Shown: positions 1 through 13,035, counted from the stretch's first letter. The stretch is 64,000 nt of DNA from Felis catus (GCF_018350175.1 NC_058368.1:198464001-198528000); one strand, 5' to 3'. The notes: generated by a model from the sequence alone, not told the origin. Numbers and translations are program-made.

Positions 1-329
1 TTCCATGAGGGCAGGCACCTACTGCTCAACATCTAAGCTCAGTGCTTTGTGAATCCAAGTCATTCAACAAGATGAATGTGTGCTCTAGATCTTGTGCTTG
101 GAACTATGCAAAAAAGGGACCCCGACAAATGTATTAAAATGAAAGCTTACCAAAGAGGAAAAAGTGTATATATATAAGTTTAAACATCAAGAATCAATAC
201 AAAGTGAAATCATGAGGTACATAATATTAATTTTTCTGGCACATAAAATAAAGCATTTTAAAACTTCCTCTCTTCTCAATAAGTTTAGGAAAGTTACTTC
301 ATAGATACTAAAGTTGAAGACTTTTTGTC

Positions 330-512
330 TTCTTCATTTATTTTTCAGAGAGATAGAGAAAAAGAGTGAGCATGTGGGAAGGGCTGAGAGAGAGGGAGAG
401 AGAATTCCAAGCAGGCTCTGCGCTGACACAGAGCTCGATCTCAGGACTGTGAGTTCATGACCTGAGCCAAAATCGAATTGGATGCCCAACCGACTGAGCA
501 CCTCAGGCACCC
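330..512 (-). mobile_element. Can-SINE (older SINEC)
   Basis: Reverse complement of the GGGTGCCTGAGGTGCTCAGTCGGTTGGGC head, (GA)n body and A-rich tail. Confidence 0.85.
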
Positions 513-829
513 TGGGTGCCTACTTTTTTACTTAAACAAGCATTTAATAAGCACTTATTATTATGCATGTAAAAAATAGTGGAGCTACATACTAGAGGAA
601 CATAAAAACATGGCCCCAACACACTACCCCACAACTAAGCAATGTATAGTCTTTGGCATACCAGTTAGCATTCTCTCAGCCACGCCTACTCAGAAAGGAC
701 TGGGCTCCAAGTAGGAAACTCCAAGGAGGGAACTAGATTTAAGGCTTGCCTGTCCATGCATGTATTGGAGTGGGGAGATGTCAACAGAATGTAGGAGCCC
801 ATCAACCTAAAAGGGTTAAATTCTAGTCC

Positions 830-1532
830 TGATTCCCATCCTCACCCCTGTTCCACTCATAGCCTTCCTCATTTCAGTGGCTGGAAACTCCATTCTATTG
901 TTGGTGAGACCAAAAACTGCAGTTACCCTTGGTGATTCCTTTCGCTCTCACATGCCCCTTCGGATCCCTTAGGAAAACCTGTTGATTCTAATTTCAAATT
1001 ATATCCAACGTGGGATATATCTCCTCGCCATCTCCATTGTCTGCACCCTGGTCCCCACGTCCATCGTCTCTCACCTGGATTACTGGAGTGGTTTCCTATT
1101 AGCTCTCTGCTCCTACCTTTGACACCCTACCTTCTCTCCATTCTACTGTCAACCAGCAACTGGAATAAGTCTGTTAACAGGTCCAGGTGGATGTCATTCC
1201 TTGGCTCAGAGTCCTGCAATGGCTCCTGTCTCACTAGGGCTTTTACTCCAAGCCCTGACAATGACGTACAAAGCCCTACTAATTGAACCTTGCAAGACTT
1301 CATTTCCTACCCAGATCCTCTTAGCTCCATCACCTGGCCTCCTACTGCCTGATGGCACATACCCACCCCAACACCTCTGCTCTAGCTGTACCCTTTGCCT
1401 GAAAGGCTCTCCCCCCAGATACCTGTTTGGCTAACTCCCTCACCTCCTCCAGGCTTCCATTTAAACCTCACCTTCTCTTGGGATGAGCACTGGGTGTTGT
1501 AAGGAAACCAATCTGACAATAAATTTCATATT

Positions 1533-1572
<40 letters not shown>

Positions 1573-1900
1573 AGCAAAAAAATAAAAAATAAAAAAAAAT
1601 AAACCTCACCTTCTCAGTGAGGCCTACTTTGACCATCCTTCTTCATTCATTCATCCTTTTTCATTTATACTTCCTTCTGCCTCCCCATGCATACTTGCTC
1701 TGCTCCACTTTTATGTTTTCCCCTGCCACATACATTATAATGTACTTACTGTGCTGGTTTTTCACTGTGTCTCCACCCTGCCAGAATCAGAATGTAAGCT
1801 CCACAAGGGTGGTGATCTTTGTTTTGGCCAGTGATGCAATTCTAGCATCTTTAAGAGTGCCTGAACTATGATGGGCACTTGCACATTTGTTGAATACAAT
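830..1900 (+). mobile_element. L2 (LINE2) 3' fragment, interrupted by a young L1 stub
   Basis: L2-like motifs (ctcacctggattactg; gtaagctccacaagggt...gcacatttgttgaat at the 3' end); boundaries approximate. Confidence 0.65.
1478..1599 (+). mobile_element. Extremely 5'-truncated felid L1 (3' UTR end plus TAAA/A tail)
   Basis: GGGATGAGCACTGGGTGTTGTAAGGAAACCAATCTGACAATAAA followed by a (TAAA)n tail; perfect TSD TAAACCTCACCTTCTC at 1462-1477 and 1600-1615. Confidence 0.88.
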
Positions 1901-4900
1901 CAGGTTTATCTCTGAGTGGATACTCTGAATAAATCTAAGATCTCGGCTCCCCTCCCTAACTGCTGTCTCGCTACCTGGCAAATAACACATAAAATTTCCT
2001 CATCAGGAGAGGAAAGTCCAATCACAGTGACAGATAAAAACTGCTCTGCTACGGAAAGGAGTAGAAATGACAAATGAACTAACACTCATTCACGCTAAAG
2101 TTTAATCACGCTACAAATACAAGACCAACAATACAAGATTGTTTCCACTTTTGGAGAGGAGATAGTGTTTTGAACTCAAAGTGAAGTACGCTTTACAGGA
2201 GGAAAAACCCACCACAATTTCTCTCTCTGGTGGCCCTACTAATTACATCCCTTGTTCTCCAGCTGTCCACCACACCTCAGCCTCCAAACACCTGGGAGCT
2301 CTCACCAGCAGGTAGGAGACCAGGTATTTATCACTTTCACATTCCCAGCACCTGGTAGGCTAAGCCCTCTCAATCTATGCTTGTTGATCTGAACTAGAAG
2401 TGCACAAATTTTCTTTCACATCAGCTGATAAAGAATTTTCATGCTCGCAGGTTACAAAGTAACATAAGCAGATAGAATGCTATTGAAACTCGTCTGAAAC
2501 AATGCCTACATGTTCATCATATATTTTCCAAATATTTTCTTTTCAGTGTACGGATGTTACTTTTTTTTTTTAAGTCAATTAACAAGCAACACCTAGGAGA
2601 TCATGAATCTCATATTGACAGATGAGGGAACAGAAGCTCAGAAACGTCAAAGTGATTTGTGCAAGGACACAAGTAATTTAGAAGAAGGGAGTGGCTACTG
2701 ATAGGAAACGATTTACACAAACTCTTTAATGTGAACCACAAACCACTGACTCCAAGTAACACTGGCCTTTATTTCTGTTACCATTTCTTGTAGTGTGCAA
2801 TGCAGGACAGCCATGTTAAAATGCAATACTTAACTGCTACACCAATGACTTTTTATAGTTTTTATACTTTTGCCTGCAATTCTGAGGGCAGGAGGCTGCC
2901 AGAGGGAAGAGAAGATTACTGGAACTATCTTTTAAAGAAGAGTGTTTCCCATTTGAAAAGTCCTTTCTATTTTTCAAATTAAGCATTTAGTAATAAGTAC
3001 TGAGAACCATAACATTTAATCCTTATGACCTTAGGAGGGAGCGTTCCCAGTTTACCAATGAGAAAACTGAGACATAGAGGTTAAAATCATTGTCCAAAGC
3101 TCCCCTCACATCCACACACTAGCCCCCCAGATTCCATACTGGCCCACAGTGAGGAGACTCCGAACATGGGCTCTTGCCTTGACATGGGCACCCTTTGTTT
3201 GTGGGGCTAACTAAGCTCCCCTGACAGACTCGGGCCAGCCCCGTCTCTTCTGCATTGCCTTGGAGGGCTCTCAGTAACCTGGCACATTACCTCTCTGCCA
3301 CCAGTCAAAGAACGCAGTGAGGATCTAAGTCCCATCTGTCCTTCCTGCAGATGTGACTCTAGTCTGTGCTCTATAAATAGTGACAAATGGTACAGGTCCT
3401 TGGAGTACAGTCTAAACAAGAGCTAAGCATTACTGTGCCATTTTATTTGTGACAATCATTTAGTTGGTGGTATCACAAAGTTTCAGAAATAGATGGCAAA
3501 TTAAATCTAACTTGGTATTAAACTTTGGTTTTAAAATGCTTTGGGACAATATGGCAGGAAATTTTTATTCAGCCTGAAGAAAAAGATCATCATTTAAAAG
3601 AAGTGTCATGTTCATAAGGGAATTGACACCTTCTCCCAGAACTTCTTCTTAGTTTGGGTTCTGATCTTCATGTTTGGAAATCCTAATATGACCAGACAGG
3701 AAACTGTGCGGGTGACATTTCCTAATTAAGAGGGAAGTCCAACGAACTCCAAGAGTTATCCGAGGAACATGAGTGGGAGTGCAGGTTCCTGCCTCCTTTT
3801 GATTCTGCCGTCATCAGCCTAACAGACTGGGATTCCCCAGTGTAATTTCAAGGATTCACGCCTCAAAAAGAAGTCTGAGAAACCAATGACAGGGTGATCT
3901 GAGCACTATCCTTACCTAGCTTCATGACCAAGACCATCTGTGGCCAGTCACATTGTCATTTTAACCAAAGAACTCAGGCATCTATTTCAAAAGCCCCAAA
4001 GGTAACCAATCTCATTTTTATTAAGAAAATACAGACAGGGACAAAGGTTATGGCTAGAACTGAAGTCTCCTTAAAAAATAGCTGGAGGTGTAAGTAGGGG
4101 AGAGGAGAAATGGGTTCAATTAAGACGGGGCTAAAACAAAACAAACACAAAAAAATGAATGACCTCAATTTCCAGCCCAGAAGTTTCAAAACAAGGATGC
4201 ATTTGTAAACAGCCCACTTATTAGACCTTTTCTCTATATTCCTGGCACCACCCTCTCAGTTCTATTTTTAGCCACAGGAGAATGGGGAGCAGACAGGGAA
4301 GGGCTAACTGTGGCCCAGCCTTACCTTGGGTGCCCTGCCAGGACTCTAGCTATCTTTAATTAATGTCTGAGGGACATAAGACGGACCCTACGCGTGGTGA
4401 AAGGAAGCACAATGGTGAAACTCTACCCCACAAGACTGATAAGGCCCACTACTGGTGTACCATTCCTGAGGTCCTGGGGCTATTTTTTGTTGAAAAGAAG
4501 GCGCCATCTGGAACGTTTACAGAGAGCAATGTGGACCCTGCATATTTAATTTGAGAGTACAGAAAACAGGACTGCCTGCCTGTTTGTTACCTAGCTCAGC
4601 CGCCCTCCTTCGCAGACTCACACGACATTTTACCAACAAATCACTTTTACGTGACATATCTCTTCTCGGGAATCAAGAAATTTCTCTTCAAGTGCTTCCC
4701 TCCCAGTACCTAGTCCATATTCATAAATAAAGATGAAGCCCACACTTTTCACCACACTTTCCCTTTCACAGTATTCCCCAGGAGATAAGCCTAAAGCTTT
4801 TAAACCACAGCAACTCACTGCCATCCAGAGTAAGCTTTATTAAACATTAGGGATTAATCATATCTTTGGGAACAGAACAGAATAAGCTAAGAAACTGACA

Positions 4901-5749
4901 GTGAAGAGATTCTCTGTACCACCCAACTCACCAACATCAGCATTATAAAAGCATACTATGGCAGGGAGGATAGAGAGGAGATAAAATGCTACCATTTCAA
5001 AAAAAGAAAATCAGACCACAGGGTTACAAAGCTGGGCAGTGACAGACATGTGACTAGACAGCAATCAATGAGCGGCCTATGAACAAAGAATTTAAGGGAC
5101 TCCTGTTAAGACAGAGCAAAATATGAGCAACATTCAAACATATTCTGAATTCCCATCTACTGTACTTCAGACTATAGCAAACTGCCTTCTTCCTATGCTT
5201 GACTCCATTAACCAAAATTGTCTGTTTACCTAAGACTCCGTTAGTTGATGAAAAAACATTAGAATTCTAGAATTCTCTTTTAGCTAAAGAAACCATATGG
5301 CTTTCTTGGCTTTTGCAGGAAGTGCTTACACTAAAACCATTATTAAGTTTAAGCAATGGTTTCAGTACTAAGTATAGTCAGAAAAATGCCAGTCCACCAC
5401 ATTTAAGAGTATCTGAGTTTTCCACCCTCGTTCTGGAGCTGGTTCCTCCCTAGTCTCAGACATCCACTCTGATACCAGTTATATTTTCTGAATGGGAGAT
5501 GAAGGCAGGATGCAGAGCAGATGAACATCCTCACACCACAGAAATATTACTCACTGACTGAGGGCCTGGGAAGTTCTGTAGAGAGGGGTCTAGCAGGGCC
5601 TGCTCCCCCTCCCAGTTTTTATTACTTAACATGGAAAGGACGGGATGCCAAGTAAAAAGAAAACTACCTGAAGAGTATGTGCAAAGATCATCAGCTTACT
5701 GGAGAAATTTGAAAGGACTCACAGTTAAACCACGGCCCACCGTTTAGCA

Positions 5750-5950
5750 CAACACTGTCTAATAGAACCTTCAGCAGTGATGAAAATGGCCTGTTCTGTA
5801 TCTGTTGTCTAATGTGCAGGCCACTGGCTACAAAGCACATGAACCAGAGCTAGCGTGATGAAGGAACTGAACTATACTATTTTATTTTATTTTAATTAAA
5901 TTTAAACAGCCATATGTGGCTCACAGACCCAGCATCGAATACAACAGGTT
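5750..5950. mobile_element. MER3-like hAT-Charlie DNA transposon relic
   Basis: ctgtctaatagaacct...gtgatgaaaat...gccactggctac...catatgtggct resembles MER3. Confidence 0.55.
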
Positions 5951-8241
5951 TGGAACACTGGAAAAGCTGACCACAGCAGTCTCCTGGATAAGAAAAAAGC
6001 CCAGAGGAGACTAATGTTCCTGTCCTTTCCCCCCAGGAATTAAGGGGGGAAAAACTTAACTCCCCTTCTTAACTGTGTTAGTAATTAAAAAAGCACTTTC
6101 TAATCATTTCTGTCTCATCTGAATGTGAACCTAATATGATTAGAACATGTAAAACGTAGAAGAACTGAAACTGCTTTTCTCTTCCTGGAAACAATGAGGG
6201 CTTAAGTGTTGAAATAATTATTTTGAATTTTTAAGTTTCTCCCTAGGTTGAACTATGAACTTTGAACCACATACTTAAAACAAAAGACTGTTTAAACTGC
6301 TTAAAGATTTTTATCATTTTTTTTCTTCTTTTGGTTCTCCTCTCAAAAGTTACAGTAAAATCTTTGATGTGATTATACTCTGAGACCTTAGAGGGGGAAA
6401 AAAGAAAACCAACCTGTAAACAAAGTCCCCAAGTGCTCAGACTAAAAAAGACTCATTCCAACAGCAACTGTGTAGTTGGGGGAGGGGGGGGGAGGGGAGG
6501 GTTGAGCTGCTTTTTACAGCCACAAGTTCTGAACATCCAGAACATGTTCAAAAAGCTTTAACATGACTTACGAAATTTGCCTCATCTGTCTTCCTAAAAA
6601 TTGCCAACACTAGCATCCTTGATACACAAGCATCCTTGATAAAAACTGGTCGTAAGCAAATGCTTTTTAGCCTCCTGCATCGCACACTATAGCTTTAAAT
6701 AGCAGTACATTCTAAAGACCTGCCACCTAGGGACACACATTCCCTGTACGTTACACACGAAGGCTACAGCAGAAACAAACTATACTTACTAATATTAACT
6801 GATTTTCTTTCTGAACTTCCTAAGGATTATGTTTAGTGCCCTTGAATCTGTTTAGACAACATAAAATGGTACTGGTTTTAATGAAAAAAGTTTCTCAAAT
6901 CCCCAGAAATAGATTACAATTTTAATTCTAGGATTTGAAAAAGGTAAACTATAGTTTGATAAACTACAAAAACTATTGCTGTAAACTCATAACAGACCTC
7001 AGAACAAATACCATACCTTTTCTAATAGTTTCAACAGCAGGGCATTTGACAAGGCTGTGTGTGGTCTGAAGGACAGTAAAGCCAGTGAGTAAACCTATGC
7101 CACCCTGTAGCAGCCAGTCACCTGTGTCCGCCTGCAGATGACCGTACCTGCCTCCACCCTTTCAACTGTTTACCAACAATTTGCATAAACTCACAAAATA
7201 TGTAAAAAGGCAGCATGGGTCCAGGTTGATATAACACAATGGTACTTAAATATAAGGTCTTGCACGAAAGGCTCAGAGTCAGTCCCACCAGCACCAGCCA
7301 GAAAGTCAAGGATTCACAGCAATTTACACATAAAAAAAGGCATAAGGAATATAGATGCAGGTTCCATATGGTTGTTCAAATAGCTACCTCAATCTTAGAC
7401 TGCATTTACAAAATGTAAATTGCCAAGAAAGTTACTATTCTCTACCAAAATCAGTACTGCAGATGTTTCAGAATACTGCATTTTAGCAGGACCAAGGACA
7501 AATTCAAGGATTTGGAAGGATCCCCTCCTTGGTGGGTGAGAAGACTAGTCACACACTTGGAAGGCGGCGGGGGGGAAGAACAGCACAGGGAAGGGAAGGA
7601 AGCAAGACTTCTGTCTCCAAAAGTGCAAAGGGCCAATATGTTGAGGAATAGAACAACTTTCTGTGGGTCTAGGGAACACAAAGACAAACAAGAGAGGCAA
7701 ATTTTAGTTCAATGTAAGGAAGAATATGTCAAAGATCAGGGCTGTTCATAATTGGACTGGTGCACCTGGAAAGGCGGTAAGCACCTCCTTACTGAAGGCC
7801 ACACCTCACGACCCAAGGAGGTTTCCAACATCACAGGAAGTCAGATTAGGTAACTCCCTCCCCGCCACAAATGCCACACTGAACAGAAGATATTCACCGG
7901 CAAGACCACCTCCCTAACTCCAACACCTCCCCATTCTCTCACTCCAAGCTTGACGGTTCTAATTTATTTTCTAAGAAAATAATCTCCAAAGGTTAGTGCT
8001 TTAACAAAAATTAGGGACACTAACAACTAACAATAATGAAACAAGCTCTGAGAGTTGGGCAGCTAACTCACTGGGAAACCAGGAACACCGCCCTCAGACG
8101 AGATACTCAGATGTCGTGCATTCTTTGTAGTTTCCCTACATCGTTTTCCTAGATAATACTCTTTTACCTTCAGTCGGTTAATAGACTCCGAATTCAAAAT
8201 GACTGAGCTTAAAGAGATTTTCGTAAAACTTCCTGAAATTA

Positions 8242-8452
8242 GGGGCACCTGGGTGGCTCAGCAGGTTAAGTGTCCGACTTTGGCTCAGGTCATGATCTCA
8301 TGGTTTCGTGGGTTCGAGCCCCACATCGGGCTCTGTGTTGACAGCGCGGAGCCTGGAGCCTGCTTCGGATTCTGTGTCTCTGGCTCTGGGCTCTCTCTGC
8401 CCCTCCCCCACTCACACTCTGGCTCTCAAAAATGACTAAATGTTAAAGAGAA
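8242..8452 (+). mobile_element. Can-SINE in SNX18 intron 1 (antisense to the gene)
   Basis: GGGGCACCTGGGTGGCTCAG head, B-box GTTCGAGCC, (CT)n; TSD AAAACTTCC[T/C]GAAATTAG at 8225-8242 and 8453-8470. Confidence 0.93.
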
Positions 8453-8903
8453 AAAACTTCCCGAAATTAGAGTGAGCCTTTTTTTAAAACCTCATTCTAC
8501 AAAGGTTGCAAGAAGCCTAGGCAAGACATTCTTAAACTGCCCCAGCTAGAACCCTCAGAGAATTGATTATAATTCCTCTACCCAACTAGGGATTGAGAGG
8601 TGTGGAAGATACAGGGCTTACTTTATTTGCAGATATCTGTTCTTCCCCCATTATCTCCATGCTTCCTGAAACCCATCACTAAGTAAGTGACCCTGCAGTG
8701 TTCAAATGGATGCCTAACATGGTTTGGGTCCTCTTCTAATTCTACCCTAGGTACAAGATTACAGATCCCAGAAGCTCATTACCCAACCATTCAACTCGAA
8801 AATGATAGCACTGTCATAAAAAGTACTCTCAGAACTTTCTCTGAAGAGTACCCACTCCCTGTCTGGAATTTCTTTAAGGAGGCAGCTACCTGCCCACAAT
8901 CCA

Positions 8904-10685
8904 TCATACACTCAGAAAAACAGGCCAGCTGTCCACATCTCTTCTTGATTCCCAACCCATAGAACACCAGTCTGAAACAGAGACTGGTGTTTCTGTCCAA
9001 ATCAGAGGCCCTTTCAGCCTCAACAACACACTGCAGACCATCTGCTCTAACGGCCAGGCTTTACCTTTCTGAACGTGGATGATGTCGGGGAAGTTGGCCA
9101 GGTGCCCCTGATACAGCGCTAACAGGTCCATGACGGGGTCCAGGTCCTGCCTGGGCTGCTCGGCAAAGAGCTCGCCGATGGCGTCGTAGGCATCTCCGGT
9201 GAAGGCGATGGCCTGGTTCAGGCCGGCGGAGAAGGCCTGCTGGTCCAGCTCAAAGGCCTGGCTGAGGCCGCGGAAGGACTGGCCCACCTTCTGATACTCC
9301 TTCTTGAAGCCCGTCACCTGCTTGCGGGCGAACTCGTTGGCCGTGTGGTTGAGCTGCAGCGCGCTGTCGTCCATCTTCTTGGTGAAGCACTTGAAGCCAT
9401 CAATCTTGCTCTCCACCTCCTGCAGGTCGAGGGCGGCGGCGGGGGGCGTGCTCAGGGTCAGGAAGAAGTTGGCGCCCACCATCTCATCCTTCTCGGCCTT
9501 CCTCTTGCCCTGTTTCCAGGCCTTCTCATCCGTGCTGCTGGGGCACGTCAGGAAGTGCTGGAAGACGTCGCACTGTGCCAGCACCGGGTGGCTGGCCATG
9601 TGGTTCATCCACCAGATCAGGCCCTTCCTGCGCTTGGAGATGAAGTCCTCCTCGAAGCGGCCCGTGGCCTGCTTCTCAGGCAGGTGGGGCACCGAGATGA
9701 CAGGGAACTTCTCCGCCAGACGCGCGTACAGCCAGTCGAAGTGCTTGTAGCGCCGGTGCACCGGCACCTGCGTGTGCGTGGGCACCAGCTTGTAGGAGAT
9801 GTAGCTCTTCATGCCCTTGAACTTGGTCTGTTTGGTGGGGTCGTCGATGGTGCACTGGAAGGGGTAAGGGTTCTCCTGCCACTCTGGGCCGTAGGGCCCC
9901 AGCACCACGCACAGCTTGTCCCCGTCCTTCACGAAGCCCGATGCTTCGCCCAGCACGAAGGCCTCACCGCCCGACTTGACGAACGTGGAAAAGCGGTTGA
10001 GATTGCGGCTTACAGTAGCCGAGCTCTTGGCCCCCGACGGGTGGTGCTGCGGAGGTGCCGGGCCGCCGCGGGAGCCCAGCGACAGGTCGGAGCGCGTAGA
10101 CAGGCGGTAGCGGCCGGCCGCGCCGCCCGCGGACGACGAGCCGTCGAGGTCCGGGTACGCGCCGCTGCCCAGCGCGCCGGGCTCGTCGGCCACCGTGGAG
10201 CTGTCGTCCCACTCGTCGTCCCAGTCATCGTCGCTGCCCTGGCTGGCCTGGTAGCCGCCGCCGTAGAGCTGCTGAGGCGACGGCTGCAGGGCGCCCCCGC
10301 CGTACGGGAAGCCCGCAGCCGGCGGCTGGAAGGTGCTCGGCGGTGGCGCCTGCTGCGGTTGCAGCAGCGGCTGGAAGGCGTCGGGCGGCGGCTTGAAGGA
10401 GGCGGGCGGCGCGGCGGGCAGGGGCTCGAAGCCGCCGGGCGGCACGTTGGCGTAGCGAGCTGGAGCTCCCGGACCCCCGTCGCCCGCCGGGCCGGGCTCA
10501 GGGGCGCGGATCACCTGCACGTACGAGGCCGGGAAGAGGCCACGGTCGCCGCGGCTGTTGACCCCCTCGAGCCAGCCCTCGATGTCCTGTTCGCTGCACA
10601 GGCTCAGCACCTCGTGTTCCCGCAGCGAGATCTCGCCCGGGTTCTCCGACCTAAAGTCATACAGCGCCCGGGCGCGCAGCGCCAT
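8904..10685 (-). CDS. SNX18: SNX18 intron-read-through isoform (593 aa, truncated BAR, alternative C-terminus KAWPLEQ...VFLSV)
   Basis: The frame stays open past the 9065 donor to TGA at 8904-8906. The KGKAWPLEQ tail resembles the unspliced human SNX18 isoform (from memory). Minus-strand AATAAA at 8622-8627. Confidence 0.45.
   Translation of the reverse strand: MALRARALYDFRSENPGEISLREHEVLSLCSEQDIEGWLEGVNSRGDRGLFPASYVQVIRAPEPGPAGDGGPGAPARYANVPPGGFEPLPAAPPASFKPPPDAFQPLLQPQQAPPPSTFQPPAAGFPYGGGALQPSPQQLYGGGYQASQGSDDDWDDEWDDSSTVADEPGALGSGAYPDLDGSSSAGGAAGRYRLSTRSDLSLGSRGGPAPPQHHPSGAKSSATVSRNLNRFSTFVKSGGEAFVLGEASGFVKDGDKLCVVLGPYGPEWQENPYPFQCTIDDPTKQTKFKGMKSYISYKLVPTHTQVPVHRRYKHFDWLYARLAEKFPVISVPHLPEKQATGRFEEDFISKRRKGLIWWMNHMASHPVLAQCDVFQHFLTCPSSTDEKAWKQGKRKAEKDEMVGANFFLTLSTPPAAALDLQEVESKIDGFKCFTKKMDDSALQLNHTANEFARKQVTGFKKEYQKVGQSFRGLSQAFELDQQAFSAGLNQAIAFTGDAYDAIGELFAEQPRQDLDPVMDLLALYQGHLANFPDIIHVQKGKAWPLEQMVCSVLLRLKGPLIWTETPVSVSDWCSMGWESRRDVDSWPVFLSV
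9065..10685 (-). CDS. SNX18: Sorting nexin 18, coding part of exon 1 (SH3, low-complexity region, PX, N-terminal BAR); phase-1 donor, exon 2 outside the window
   Basis: ATG at 10685 in ACC-ATG-G context. Translation: [25 protein letters not shown] (SH3), [10 protein letters not shown] acidic motif, PX domain (YISYKLVP...[10 protein letters not shown]...PHLPEKQ...RRKGL), BAR start. Donor CAGAAAG|GTAAAG at 9065/9064; 1621 nt = 540 codons + 1. Confidence 0.97.
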
Positions 10686-11070
10686 GGTCCCGGCGTCCCG
10701 GCGAGCGGCCGCCGACTCCCGGCGCCGCGAGCCCGGGGCCGGCCGAAGGGACCCGCGGTGTCGCCCGCGCCCCGGCGCGCGAAGTGGAGGCCAAAAGATA
10801 GCGCGCAGCTCCGCGCCCCGGCCCGCCGGTCGCGCCCTCCGCGTCGCTCGGCTCGCAGCGCCGACTGCCGCGCTGGGCCGCCGCCGCCGCCGGCCGGGGG
10901 CGGGGCCCGCGGCCTCCCACGTCCCCAGCTGTGCTAATCCACGGCCGAGAGCCGCGCGCCAGGCGAGAGCAAGCGATGGCCGAGCCGCCGCGCCTGCCGG
11001 CGGAGCCCACTCGGCGGCCGCCACTGCCCCCTTCAGGCGGGCCCTGAGCCGTGAGGCGCAGGGCGAAGAT
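9130..11070. promoter_or_regulatory. CpG island covering SNX18 promoter, 5' UTR and exon 1
   Basis: Very GC- and CpG-rich compared with flanks; GC box GGGGCGGGGC near 10897-10906; (GCC)n run near 10877-10893. Confidence 0.92.
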
Positions 11071-11529
11071 TTCCACTCAGCAAGAAGTGAATTGTCTGAG
11101 ATGTTTAGGCTCTTACGTAAAAAAAAAAAAAAAAACACGTATCCTAGAAAGTAAATTAATATTTGCGTTCCTGACGAACGTTCCCACTCTGAGCGCTCAG
11201 TGAATGCTTCTAGAATAACTGAACCACACATCTAATAAAGGAGTTTCAGTGAATATTAGCGACGGCACTAAGAAGAAGACAAGATGCCTGTGCCGGGGGC
11301 TGTCCGCTCCCTTTCGTCTTCCACCCGCTGGAACCTTCTGGCAAGAAGGGGAGAAGAATGACAAGAGCAAAGTAAGGAAGGCGTTGTGCCTGACAAATGA
11401 AGAGGCTAAGGGTGGTGTGGGAAGAGAGGCATCAGGGCGGGAGAGTTTCCAGTAAAATACGTCTGCAGGGAGAGCTGGCATTTTGCATATGTCCCTTCTG
11501 CTCCCTGAGCCTCACGTAGTGCGGGGAAT

Positions 11530-11720
11530 GAGAGTTTACACTTCCGAGTCAGGCTACTGGGTTGGAATTCGCTTTCTGACACTACCTAGCTTATGACCTT
11601 GAGCAAGTCACTCACTGAACCTCCCTCCCTCCTAGGGTTGTTGTGGGGATTCGATAATCATGTAATCCCTACTTTACAGATGGGGAACATGAAACAGAGC
11701 GATTCATATATGGCGAGTAC
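11530..11720. mobile_element. MIR fragments
   Basis: MIR core-like text (tgaccttgagcaagtcact; cccTactttacagatggggaa). Confidence 0.6.
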
Positions 11721-12922
11721 TATACATGGGGAGCACAGTCAGGTGTTTGTTGCTGCTGTCGCTAATGTTACTGCTGTTTGGGAAAGCAAAAACCCCGTTC
11801 TCCTTCAGAAAGAGAATGGGGTCCTAAAACCACAATCCCAGGGCGTAGCACCAGAAAGGACCCTCATGTTCACACCCCTACTCCTAATCTGAGATCAGTG
11901 ACCATCTGTGTCCGTTCATCTCTGTCTCACTGTATTTATATTATCTTTAAGATACGTAGATTCAAAAAAGAAAACTCACTTCCCGAGATACTAATCAGCT
12001 CCCATCTCCGAAGTTGCCTTGTTTCACATCTTCTTTTCCTTCAGTGTATAATTTGCCCCAAGTTTTTTCTTCTCATAGTCCCCTTTTATTAAGTCTAGCC
12101 TAATGATTCCTTTAAAGACACCTCTAACTGGGATTCAGCGTTCATGTGTCATTAATTTCAGCCTGTCCTCTGACCCTTTTCAAGCAAATCTGGGAAACGG
12201 GCCAGAAGAGTTTACAAGTATTGTGAGGAAGGGCTGTGGTATTCTAAGCATCTTGCGCAAAACCACCAACCCAGTATACCAGAAGTACTCCCACAGTGTT
12301 TATCCCTAATGCAAAAACCTTTATTCAATTCTGTAAGCAAATTCTGAATTACAACATTTTTAGTTGAAGACTCTGAGTTAGGATCCTTCTTACAGTAAGC
12401 AAGAGAGGTCATTGAATTTCATCGTCAACAATTTATGTGGTCAGAAACATGAAGTCGACATTCACGGAACATCTACAATACAACTGATTTTGTTTGTTAA
12501 CTGGGAGAAGCTAACCTACCATATTTAGGATAAGTACGTTTAATTTCACCCTTACCATTCATCTGGTAGTTCCTTTTTTAGGTTAAAGCGTTCACTAAAG
12601 TAACACGAAACTTGCAATGCTTCAGGTTTTGAGACAGAGAGACTAAAAATCTCTTTCAGGAGTGAAAATTCCAGGACTTTGAGGTGATGGCTTTTAAAGA
12701 CTGGTTGGGCTGCTCCTTAGAAACAGTAGTTGAGGAACTACTGGATGTCAGAGGTTGTTTGCGGTTCCAGAACAAACAAGCATTCAGTTGGCAGGAGTCC
12801 GAGGGGAGGCCAGGCATCAGGCTTGGTGAAGGAGAGAAACGGGCTATCCATGGTGCCTGGCTCTGTGGCTCCTGGGTGACAGGAAAAGTTCCTTAGGGTC
12901 TTAGATATTTAGAAAATGTGCT

Positions 12923-13035
12923 GTTTCCGGTTCTGTGTCTCCCTCTCTCTCTGCCCCTCCCCCGTTCATGCTCTGTCTCTCTCTGTCCCAAAAATAAATA
13001 AACGTTGAAAAAAAATTAAAAAAAAAAAAAAAAAA
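12923..13035 (+). mobile_element. 5'-truncated young SINEC_Fc
   Basis: 3' half only (GTTTCCGGTTCTGTGTCTCCC...AATAAACGTTG plus long A tail); perfect TSD AGAAAATGTGCT at 12911-12922 and 13036-13047. Confidence 0.9.

Noticed and set aside
1..8790. SNX18 exon 2
   Set aside because: I found no frame encoding the expected BAR C-terminus; it presumably lies beyond the left edge.
9345..10937. 530-aa plus-strand ORF and other ORFs overlapping SNX18 exon 1
   Set aside because: These are shadow ORFs caused by the high GC content and codon bias of the SNX18 CDS; they have no recognisable domain.
10686..11231. 182-aa N-terminal extension of the SNX18 ORF
   Set aside because: It runs through the GC-rich 5' UTR, the promoter and a poly-T run. 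The recognisable protein starts at MALRAR (10685).
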